Assembly (NCBI GenBank): GCA_038530925.1
Contig: JBCBCG010000109.1
Span: 1 to 14,544 of the forward strand
Direction of reading: 5' to 3'
DNA length: 14,544 nt
DNA from: Pseudomonadota bacterium
GTDB lineage: Bacteria > Pseudomonadota > Alphaproteobacteria > Rhodobacterales > Rhodobacteraceae
The position numbers and the translations under genes are program-made. Below are positions 1-7,001 of this stretch, one piece after another; position 1 is the stretch's first letter, and each line of letters begins with the position of its first letter. Below the pieces are notes generated by a model. That model saw only the letters and a program-made list of their open reading frames with translations. It did not search any database and was not told where the DNA came from.

Positions 1-283
1 TGGAGCGGGAGACCTCATAGGCGAAATCGACATGACCCGGCGTGTCGATGAGGTTCAGAACGTATTCGTCGCCATCTTTCGCTTTGTAATGAAGCCGAAC
101 CGTCTGCGCCTTGATCGTGATGCCGCGTTCACGCTCGATGTCCATACTATCGAGCACTTGGTTGGTCATCTCGCGGTCGCTGAGCGCTCCGGTCATTTGA
201 ATGAGCCGGTCCGCCAGAGTCGATTTTCCGTGGTCGATATGGGCGACGATGGAGAAATTACGGATCTTGGAGAGATCGGTCAT
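1..283 (-). CDS. lepA: Elongation factor 4 (LepA), N-terminal part; the gene continues beyond the left edge of the window
   Basis: Reverse-complement translation from the ATG at 283-281 gives [87 protein letters not shown]. This is the canonical LepA N-terminus with the G1 (AHIDHGKST) and DTPGH GTPase motifs. Confidence 0.9.
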   Translation of the reverse strand, partial: MTDLSKIRNFSIVAHIDHGKSTLADRLIQMTGALSDREMTNQVLDSMDIERERGITIKAQTVRLHYKAKDGDEYVLNLIDTPGHVDFAYEVSRS

Positions 284-807
284 GCCAGCCTGTCACTGCG
301 TTGGCCCGTCCGCGGCGGTCAAAGCCCGGCCGGCGCTCGATATGAGCCGGCCTTATACGGCGCCGCGCTCCACACAGCGCATAAAAATGCGACGCCTGCG
401 CGCTTCGACCAGCCCCTCGGCCAATCGCGCGCGCAGGCGTCGCACCCCCTCAAAAGCCGGCTCCTCCTGGCGTGTCCGAACGCCGCGCCCTCCGGCCCCT
501 TCAGCGCCGAGCGGCCTGCTGTTCGCAGCGAGCCCCGGCGCATTCGAGACGGACGCTGAGCGCGCCGCCGCGCCCGCACCCTCTCCAACCCGATCCATGC
601 GCATCTTCAAATCACGCATCTCTCAACATAATCATAATGCGCACAGGTTACGAACCTGTTTTCACGAGAAGAATGATCTTGGCTCACGACTAGTTTTTTC
701 GGACCACTTTGTCGCAGGCGAGATCAACAGGCGCCAGAACGGCGCCTCGGGAAGGATCGTGTGGAAAGACCGCCTCCGCGCGCGCGGACGCCTCCCTCAG
801 GCTGCGC

Positions 808-1161
808 TCAGGCCGCTTGCGCCGCCGCCAGCGCGCTTTCGCTCTCCAAGGCGAAGACAAGCTGACCCGCCACCACGAGCGCTGCGGCCGCGCGCCCAAA
901 CAGGCGCCCGCGCGCCAGACGCAAAGCGCCCGCCGGCTCCGCCATCGCCGCACGCTCCACGATGAACGCGCCGCCGGTTCGCGCGCGCGCCACCACATAT
1001 TGCGGCCAATCCGCCGCCAACTCAGCCTCCGACGCCACCAGCGCCGCCTCCGCGCCTAAGGCGGCGGCCAAATCCGCCGCCGCGGCGCGCGCATTGTCGG
1101 ACAAAACCAGGCGGCGAGGCTGGGAGAAGGCGACTTCATCCTGAAACGGCGCATCGAACAT
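808..1161 (-). CDS. Hypothetical Ala-rich protein of 117 aa. No family is recognised from the sequence.
   Basis: The ORF has high GC3 codon usage typical of this genome (MFDAPFQDEVAFSQPRRLVLSDNARAAAADLAAALGAEAALVASEAELAADWPQYVVARARTGG...). It is divergent from cobB across a short AT-rich promoter region. No clear Shine-Dalgarno sequence was checked and the product could not be assigned. Confidence 0.4.
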   Translation of the reverse strand: MFDAPFQDEVAFSQPRRLVLSDNARAAAADLAAALGAEAALVASEAELAADWPQYVVARARTGGAFIVERAAMAEPAGALRLARGRLFGRAAAALVVAGQLVFALESESALAAAQAA

Positions 1162-1316
1162 GGCGGGCTCCTGCGGCTGGATCGAGCGGCGGCGCGCCGC
1201 TCCGTTAGTTATGTTCTTTCTCCGTTCTAAACCCGCATTAAGAACAAATCAAGAAAATTGATCCGCGCCGCGGTGCGCGCTATGGCGCAACGGCGCGCGA
1301 GTCGGTGGAGGGCATC

Positions 1317-2057
1317 ATGGGCGAGACGGCGGAACCAGGGCGGAAGCGGGCTGAGACGCCGTCGATCGTCATCCTCACTGGCGCGGGGATCTCGGCCGAG
1401 TCAGGTCTCGGCACCTTCCGCGACAAGGATGGTCTTTGGAGCCGGTACGATCTTGAGGAGGTTGCGACGCCGCAAGGCTTCGCGCGCAATCCCAAGCTTG
1501 TTCAAGAGTTCTACAACGCGCGGCGGAAAAACCTGCTCGACGCCAAACCGAACGCCGCGCATGAGGCGCTCGCGAAGCTGCAGCGGGAGCGGCCGGGCCA
1601 CGCGTTGATCGTCACGCAGAACATCGACGATTTGCATGAGCGCGCCGGCGCCGATCCGCAGGACGTGATCCACATGCATGGCGAGCTGCTTAAGGCGCAT
1701 TGCAACGCCTGCGGCGCGCGGCGAGATTGGCGCGAAGATCTTAGCATCGAGGCGCGATGCGATGCCTGTGGAGCCGTCGGCGCGATGCGGCCATCGGTCG
1801 TTTGGTTCGGCGAATACCCGCTGGAGATGGCGCGGATCGAAGAGGCTGTTGAAAACGCGTCGCTCTTCGTTTCGATCGGCACCAGCGGCCAAGTCTATCC
1901 CGCCGCCGGCTATGTTGAGATCGCGCAGATCCATGGCGCGCGCACGCTCGAGCTTAATCTCGAACGCAGCTCATCGTCCTTCGATGAAGCGCGGACAGGC
2001 AAAGCGACCGACATCGTCCCCGCTTGGGTCGAAGAGATCCTCGCCGCTTCGGCCTGA
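1317..2057 (+). CDS. cobB: NAD-dependent protein deacylase (Sir2/CobB sirtuin)
   Basis: The translation contains IVILTGAGISAESGLGTFRD, QNIDDLHERAG and the Zn-binding cysteines (CNACG...CDACG) of sirtuins. A GGAGG Shine-Dalgarno sequence at 1306-1310 precedes the ATG at 1317. The track ORF starts at a GTG at 1305, in frame. Confidence 0.9.
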   Translation: MGETAEPGRKRAETPSIVILTGAGISAESGLGTFRDKDGLWSRYDLEEVATPQGFARNPKLVQEFYNARRKNLLDAKPNAAHEALAKLQRERPGHALIVTQNIDDLHERAGADPQDVIHMHGELLKAHCNACGARRDWREDLSIEARCDACGAVGAMRPSVVWFGEYPLEMARIEEAVENASLFVSIGTSGQVYPAAGYVEIAQIHGARTLELNLERSSSSFDEARTGKATDIVPAWVEEILAASA

Positions 2058-2080
2058 CCGCGCGAAGCCGAATGCGACGC

Positions 2081-2374
2081 TCAGCTCGCTTGGGCTTCGA
2101 GCTGCTTTTGCACCTCGCGCTTCACCTTCACCGCGCGCGGGCTGAGGGTGTCGTCGCCCGCTTTGAGAAGAAACGCGTCCAAACCGCCGCGGTGATCGAC
2201 GGTGCGCAGCGCCGCGGCCGAAACGCGGAAGCGGTAGGAGCGGCCGAGCGCATCGCTCGACAGCGTCACCTGGTTCAGGTTGGGCAACCAGCGCCGGCGC
2301 GTCTTAATATTCGAATGGCTGACATGATTGCCGGTTTGCACGGCCTTGCCGGTTAACTCGCAGCGGCGCGACAT
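2081..2374 (-). CDS. rpmB: 50S ribosomal protein L28
   Basis: [38 protein letters not shown]... is the conserved L28 sequence at 97 aa. A GGAGAG Shine-Dalgarno sequence lies upstream (read on the minus strand) of the ATG at 2374-2372. The 13 N-terminal residues in the six-frame track are an in-frame upstream extension. Confidence 0.9.
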   Translation of the reverse strand: MSRRCELTGKAVQTGNHVSHSNIKTRRRWLPNLNQVTLSSDALGRSYRFRVSAAALRTVDHRGGLDAFLLKAGDDTLSPRAVKVKREVQKQLEAQAS

Positions 2375-2479
2375 CGAGCCTCTCCTCGTCTCGCCGGCTC
2401 TCAACGTCGCCATGCGCTCGCCGGAACCGCTGATCAGCGGCCGCGCAGCGCCGGAATGGAGAGCCGTACGTCATCTCAC

Positions 2480-2516
2480 AAAAAAACAAGACCGCCCTTG
2501 CGACCACAAAGGCGGT
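2480..2516 (-). terminator. Putative rho-independent terminator downstream of meaB (minus strand)
   Basis: On the minus strand there is a hairpin with stem ACCGCC (2491-2496) and GGCGGT (2511-2516), followed by a run of 7 T (plus-strand A run 2480-2486). It lies immediately 3' of the meaB stop codon. The stem is short (6 bp) and the loop long, so it is weak. Confidence 0.35.
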
Positions 2517-2592
2517 GATGAGCGACGGCAATACAGAAAACGAGGGCGCGCGGTCAAGGCGGCGCCGTAGATTGGGCGGCCGCGAGCGCGTT

Positions 2593-3603
2593 TTAACCGC
2601 GGCGGTTGAGAAATGCGGCGACCGCGCGGGCGGCGGCGACTTCCGCGGTCACCGCGCCCGCCTCCACCGCCGCCGCGGCCTCCGCAAACGCCGCCGCCGC
2701 CGCGGTATCGCGGTCGAACGCCTCGAGGAGACCGCGTTCCAGCGCATAGCGCAGCCATTTCGCCGATTGCGCGCGCCGGCGCGCCTCCCGCCATCCTTCT
2801 TCCGCGCGCCAGGCGTCGATGGCCTGCATCCGCTCCCACGCCGCCTCAAGCCCCGCGCCGGTGGCGGCGGAAACCGCCATCGCCGACGGGCAGGCTTCCG
2901 GATCGCCCGGACGCTTGCGCAAAAGCCGAAGAGCGCCGGCGTAATCGGAGGTGGTCGCCTGAGCCTGGGCTGTGAGATCGCCGTCGGCTTTGTTCACCAA
3001 GATCAGATCGGCCAGCTCCATGACGCCGCGCTTGACGCCTTGAAGCTCGTCCCCGCCCGCCGGCGCCAGGAGCAGCACGAAGAGATCGGTCATATCCGCG
3101 ACCATCGTCTCGGACTGGCCGACGCCCACCGTCTCGACCAGAACGGCGTCGAACCCCGCCGCCTCCGCCAACAGGATCGCCTCGCGCGTGCGCCGCGCCA
3201 CGCCGCCCAGCGCGGCGCCCGCCGGCGAAGGGCGGATATAGGCGTTCGGATCGCGCGCCAGGCGCTCCATCCGGGTTTTGTCGCCCAGGATCGAACCGCC
3301 CGTCCGCGCCGAGCTTGGATCCACCGCCAGCACCGCGACCTTGCGGCCCTTCGCTGTCAGCATGCCGCCGAAGCGCTCGATGAAGCTTGATTTGCCCACG
3401 CCCGGCGCGCCGGTCAGCCCGATCCGCAGCGCGCCGCCCGTAACCGGCGCGACCCGCTCCAGCAGCGCTTCGGTGGCGGCGCGGTGATCATCGCGCTGCG
3501 ATTCCGCAAGCGTGATCGCCTGGGAGAGCGCCCGGCGCTCGCCGCGCCGGAGCCTTGCGGCGAGCGTCGCGGCCGCCAGCGCCGGATCGAAAGGCCGCAT
3601 CAC
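2593..3603 (-). CDS. meaB: Methylmalonyl-CoA mutase-associated GTPase MeaB (ArgK / LAO-AO transport ATPase family G-protein chaperone)
   Basis: The translation contains the P-loop [15 protein letters not shown], the DxxG motif and NKADG (G4), plus the characteristic MeaB/ArgK core ([10 protein letters not shown]...[12 protein letters not shown]). The first codon is GTG at 3603 followed by ATG at 3600, so either is a possible start. Confidence 0.88.
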   Translation of the reverse strand: MMRPFDPALAAATLAARLRRGERRALSQAITLAESQRDDHRAATEALLERVAPVTGGALRIGLTGAPGVGKSSFIERFGGMLTAKGRKVAVLAVDPSSARTGGSILGDKTRMERLARDPNAYIRPSPAGAALGGVARRTREAILLAEAAGFDAVLVETVGVGQSETMVADMTDLFVLLLAPAGGDELQGVKRGVMELADLILVNKADGDLTAQAQATTSDYAGALRLLRKRPGDPEACPSAMAVSAATGAGLEAAWERMQAIDAWRAEEGWREARRRAQSAKWLRYALERGLLEAFDRDTAAAAAFAEAAAAVEAGAVTAEVAAARAVAAFLNRRG

Positions 3604-3777
3604 GCCGCTCCTTTGAACGCGGCCTGCGCTCGGCCGCAGCGGCGCGGCGCCGAGCTTCCGAGCCCTCCGCGCCGCATTCGCGCCCCGTTTGGCCCCGATC
3701 GCTGCGTCAATCGCATCATCCGCGCGCGGCCCGCTCCCGTCTCCCGCGCCGCGGCGCCTGCTAGGAGATCTCGGCCC

Positions 3778-4575
3778 ATGCTGTTTCGCGCTCTCTCGCC
3801 TTGCAAACCGTCCTCATCGCTCCGCGCCGGCGCGCTGATCGCCGCGCTTTTCGCCGCCGTCCCGCTCGCCGCCGCCGCCAACGCCGCGCCGGAGCGCCCA
3901 GCGGAGGTCAAACACCGCTACAAGGCTTATGTCGGCGGCGTGCTGATCGGCAAAGCCTCTCTGACGACGCGCTTCACCGCGGAGGGCTATAGCAGCGAAG
4001 GCAAGCTCGAGACCGACGGCGTCGCCGGCTGGTTCGTCGCCGCCAAAGCCCAAGCCTCCGCGCTCGGCGCGCTCGACGCCTCGGCGCTTGAGCCCGAGCG
4101 CCTGGATGTGACCGCCGACAGCGATGGCGAAGCCTGGCGCATGAGCATCGCCTTCAGCGGCGGCGCGCCCTCGGAGGTGTCGGCCGAGCCGCCGCTGCGA
4201 AGCCGCAAATGGGACATCGATCCCGCTTCGCAAACCGGCGCGCTCGACCCGATCAGCGCCATCGTCCGCGCCATGACCGGCCCGATGACGAGCGCGAGCG
4301 CCGCCGCGCCCTGCGAGCGCACATTGCCGGTTTTCGATGGCCGCAAACGCTACGACATCGTGCTGGAGGAGCAGATCGACGAGCGCGTGAAGGACGGCGT
4401 CACCATCATCGAATGCGCCGCGCGCTGGACGCGGGTCTCCGGCTTCAAGCCGAAGATGATGCGCAAGCCCGACTATCCCTTCACCGCGCGGTTCGCGATC
4501 CGCGACGGGTTGACCGTGCCGGTGCGCATCTGGGGCGACACGGAGTTCGGCGGCGCTGTGGTGGTTCTCCGCTGA
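3778..4575 (+). CDS. Secreted DUF3108-family protein (signal peptide plus DUF3108-like domain)
   Basis: An AGGAG Shine-Dalgarno sequence lies 8 nt upstream of the ATG at 3778. The N-terminus [36 protein letters not shown] is a typical Sec signal peptide. The body ([14 protein letters not shown]...TDGVAGWF...) resembles DUF3108. The six-frame ORF beginning at 3484 is an Arg-rich upstream extension that overlaps the divergent meaB start and is unlikely to be translated. Confidence 0.65.
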   Translation: MLFRALSPCKPSSSLRAGALIAALFAAVPLAAAANAAPERPAEVKHRYKAYVGGVLIGKASLTTRFTAEGYSSEGKLETDGVAGWFVAAKAQASALGALDASALEPERLDVTADSDGEAWRMSIAFSGGAPSEVSAEPPLRSRKWDIDPASQTGALDPISAIVRAMTGPMTSASAAAPCERTLPVFDGRKRYDIVLEEQIDERVKDGVTIIECAARWTRVSGFKPKMMRKPDYPFTARFAIRDGLTVPVRIWGDTEFGGAVVVLR

Positions 4576-4814
4576 CGCGCAAGCGGCTGGCCGACCACTC
4601 TCGGCAGGGGAAATTGCGCGCGAATTCAAGCGCCTCGGCCACAGGGCGCAATTTTCGGCCGCAGCCCTCTTGCAGCGCGACCCCCCGCGGCCACATTGGC
4701 GCGGCGTCTTTCATGGCGTCCGAGCTTCGACGGCGGCGGTTCTGCAGGCCGCTCCGGCGCGCGCCGCTCTGCGGTTGCGTGTGCGCAGGCCGGAAACGCA
4801 TGGCGATCGCACCC

Positions 4815-4889
4815 GTGGGTTTAGCTCAGCGGTAGAGCACTCGGCTGCGGGCCGAGCGGACGGGGGTTCGAGTCCCTTAACCTACTCCA
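4815..4889 (+). tRNA. tRNA with an Arg(ACG)-like body but an atypical anticodon loop CUGCGGG (apparent anticodon GCG). The 3' CCA is encoded.
   Basis: Manual cloverleaf: acceptor 4815-4821 pairs with 4879-4885 (two G-U pairs). D-arm is GCUC/AGCGGUAGA/GAGC. Anticodon stem CUCGG (4840-4844) pairs with CCGAG (4852-4856). The variable loop is 5 nt. T-arm is GGGGG/UUCGAGU/CCCUU. Discriminator U4886 is followed by CCA 4887-4889. The anticodon arm and variable region are near-identical to bacterial tRNA-Arg(ACG) (ACUCGG CUACGAA CCGAG CGG.C), but positions 34, 37 and 38 are all G. Confidence 0.7.
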
Positions 4890-4915
4890 ACGGTACGTCC
4901 ACCAAAACCGGGCGT

Positions 4916-4943
4916 GGAGGTTCGACTCCTCCAAGCGACTTAG
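4916..4943 (+). other. Orphan tRNA 3' fragment: a T-arm (GGAGG UUCGACU CCUCC) plus a 7-nt acceptor-like tail. No matching 5' half is present.
   Basis: The sequence GGAGGTTCGACTCCTCC at 4916-4936 matches the canonical tRNA-Arg(ACG) T-arm GGAGGTTCGAATCCTCC at 16 of 17 positions. There is not enough upstream sequence for a full cloverleaf, and no complementary 5' acceptor (GTCGCTT) is found nearby. Confidence 0.4.
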
Positions 4944-5231
4944 CATCGCTCCAGACTACGGGTCTTCGGAGCTCTGTCCTGGCGGCCTTCGAACGCGCCT
5001 CGGCGTGGGAGAGGAACGCCTGCGCCAAAGCGGCCCTGCGCCGCGGATGACGGCGAAGCCGGCTCCGGGCCAGCGCTGAGGCGCCCGCCCGCAGCCCGCG
5101 ACGCCCGCTCGCCGCGGCCCGCGCGCGGCGGCGTCGCGGCCGAGCTCCGGAGATTCCCGCGCCTTTCGCAGGCGCCCTGACTTCCAAGGCGGCGGGCCCG
5201 GCCCGCCGACAGACAAGACGAGCCGAGACCC

Positions 5232-6425
5232 ATGGCAAAGACGCAAACGCCGATCCTGCCCTCCGCGCCGCGCACCTTGCTCGACGCGATCATGGGCCGC
5301 CAACGCATCATCCTGTCGGAGAATGAGCGCGCGGTACTCCTGGTGAAAGGCCGGCTTGAGGACATCCTCGGCCCCGGCGAACATGTGGTCGCCTACCCCG
5401 ATGCGACAGTGGAGCGGCATAACGTCGAGCTGCCGACCTTCTCCTCCGCCTATGAGCGCGTGCTGATGAACCAGCGGCCCGGCCTTGTGGAGCGGCATCT
5501 CACCGAATTCACCGTCGGCGAGGACGAGATCGGCGTGATCGAGCGCGATGGCCGCATCTTCGCGTTGCTGAAACCCGAAGGCCGCAGCCTGCTCTGGACC
5601 GACTCTGGGCCCTGGAGCCTGACGCGCATCAAGATCCCGGCGGATCTCGCCGTGGAGCGCGATTTGGCCAAGCGGCTTGAGCGGTTTCAGGCGAACGACA
5701 AAGTCAGACGCTTCGAAGTCGCCTCGCATCAGGCGGGCTTGCTCTTCGTCGACGGCGCGCTGCAACGCCGTCTCCCGCCAGGCGCGCACGCGTTTTGGTC
5801 GGTCGGCCCGCGGCTGGAGATGAAGCTGATCGATCTGCGCGCCGTGCCGCTCGATGTGCATGGGCAAGAGATCTTGACGCGCGACCGCGTCTCGATCCGC
5901 GTCAATCTCGCCGCGGAGTATCGGGTGGTGGATCCTGAGAAGGCGGTCGCGGCGGTCGAGGATTTCCGCGACACGCTCTACCGCTCGGTCCAGTTCGCCT
6001 TCCGCAGAACGCTCGGCGCGCGGACGCTGGATGAGATCCTGGAGGAGATGGTCGGCATCGACGCGGATGCTGATGCGGCGCTGCGCGCGGATATGGCGGA
6101 GATCGGGCTCGATGTCGGCGAGATCGCTCTCAAGGATGTGATCCTGCCCGGCGATATGCGCGAGATCCTCAACCAGGTCGTCACCGCCGAGAAACAGGCT
6201 CAAGCCAACGTGATCAAGCGGCGCGAAGAAACGGCGGCGACGCGGTCGCTGCTGAACACGGCGAAGGTGATGGCGGAGAACCCGATCATGCTGCGCCTGA
6301 AGGAGCTCGAAGCGCTGGAGGCGATCGCCGAGAAAGTGGACCGCTTGGTGATTCATAACGGCGCTAAAGGCTTGATGCAGGATGTGGCGCGGCTCGTCGA
6401 GCCGGAGGATGACGAGCCGCTCTGA
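5232..6425 (+). CDS. Slipin-family SPFH/band-7 domain protein (stomatin/prohibitin-like), soluble, with a duplicated N-terminal sub-domain
   Basis: The C-terminal half (LDVHGQEILTRDRVSIRVNLAAEYRVVDPEKAV...LKDVILPGDMREILNQVVTAEKQAQANVIKRREETAA...) is a clear SPFH/band-7 core with the coiled-coil tail. Two N-terminal segments (ENERAVLLVKGRLEDILGPGEHVV and HQAGLLFVDGALQRRLPPGAHAF) look like repeated SPFH starts. No transmembrane segment is evident. Confidence 0.75.
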   Translation: MAKTQTPILPSAPRTLLDAIMGRQRIILSENERAVLLVKGRLEDILGPGEHVVAYPDATVERHNVELPTFSSAYERVLMNQRPGLVERHLTEFTVGEDEIGVIERDGRIFALLKPEGRSLLWTDSGPWSLTRIKIPADLAVERDLAKRLERFQANDKVRRFEVASHQAGLLFVDGALQRRLPPGAHAFWSVGPRLEMKLIDLRAVPLDVHGQEILTRDRVSIRVNLAAEYRVVDPEKAVAAVEDFRDTLYRSVQFAFRRTLGARTLDEILEEMVGIDADADAALRADMAEIGLDVGEIALKDVILPGDMREILNQVVTAEKQAQANVIKRREETAATRSLLNTAKVMAENPIMLRLKELEALEAIAEKVDRLVIHNGAKGLMQDVARLVEPEDDEPL

Positions 6426-6705
6426 CCGGCGGCGCCTCTCAGCTTTGGCCGCGGATCGAGCGGCCGTCGCCCGGCGCGAGCGGGCGGCGGCCTTAGCGCG
6501 AAACGGCGGCGCGGATCACAGCGGCATCAGCAAATAATCACGCCTTTGTGAGCCTGTCGCGGCGACCTCGTTTTCAGCGCACAGCGAACTCTCGCCCGTT
6601 CACCATTTCCGGAGCAGCCGATTACAAACGGTCGATACTTGCTAGATTGAGCCTCATCAACGCGCCGCACAGCACAATGCGGCGCTCAAGACAGGAGGCG
6701 ATGAC

Positions 6706-6981
6706 ATGAATGCACCTGACCGCGTTAGAACGACACGGCCGCGCTCCGTCTATCCGGCGCTCGCGGCGATCATCCTTGGCTTCACCGCCGCGCTGTCCTG
6801 GCCGGCGCTGGCGGATCCTGCGCCGCTGGGCGGGATCGAGACGTCGAGAGATCAGGGCTCTGCTTGGACAGAGGTGAGCGCCGCCTATGATCTGCCGACC
6901 GAGGCGCGCAGCCCCTTCGCCGCGGCGGAGCTGATCCGCGATCCGAACGGGCCGGCTGTTCTGATCCATAGCGAGCGCTAA
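6706..6981 (+). CDS. Small secreted protein of 91 aa with a signal peptide. Function unknown.
   Basis: An AGGAGG Shine-Dalgarno sequence at 6693-6698 lies 7 nt before the ATG. The hydrophobic N-terminus ends in ALA-DP (PALAAIILGFTAALSWPALADP). Codon usage is native high-GC. No family is recognised. Confidence 0.5.
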   Translation: MNAPDRVRTTRPRSVYPALAAIILGFTAALSWPALADPAPLGGIETSRDQGSAWTEVSAAYDLPTEARSPFAAAELIRDPNGPAVLIHSER

Positions 6982-7001
6982 GCGGCGCGCCAGCACCCTT
7001 G

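Noticed and set aside
201-965. 254-aa plus-strand ORF upstream of lepA, and overlapping minus ORFs 319-619 and 690-998
   Set aside because: These ORFs are rich in Arg, Pro and Ser with poor codon bias, they overlap each other in different frames, and no start has a Shine-Dalgarno sequence. The region is treated as non-coding or as possible pseudogene remnant (see the lepA-upstream finding).
2640-2720. GCC/GCG-rich low-complexity tract
   Set aside because: It is the reverse complement of the Ala-rich C-terminal tail of MeaB ([16 protein letters not shown]...). It reflects coding low-complexity sequence, not a repeat element.
2515-3390. 291-aa plus-strand ORF (and 2613-2975 Pro/Arg-rich ORF)
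   Set aside because: It is antisense to meaB. The PPPPPP and RRRR runs come from the reverse complement of Ala/Gly-rich coding sequence.
4815-4943. A single type-II (long variable arm) tRNA spanning both T-arm-like elements
   Set aside because: The first element already closes with its own acceptor 3' strand and CCA. The second T-arm tail (AAGCGAC) is not complementary to the 5' acceptor strand (GTGGGTT).
4815-5231. Possibility of a two-piece (permuted) alphaproteobacterial tmRNA, suggested by the tRNA-like 3' end with CCA followed by a second T-arm
   Set aside because: No tag reading frame of the ANDN... type (no AACGACAAC, or its complement, on either strand) and no resume-codon context was found in 4890-5231. 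The first element also folds as a complete cloverleaf with an anticodon arm, which a tmRNA acceptor piece lacks.
4956-6356. 466-aa minus-strand ORF
   Set aside because: It is antisense to the well-supported slipin gene and to the tRNA-proximal leader. Its Arg/Leu/Asp-rich composition has no recognisable motifs.
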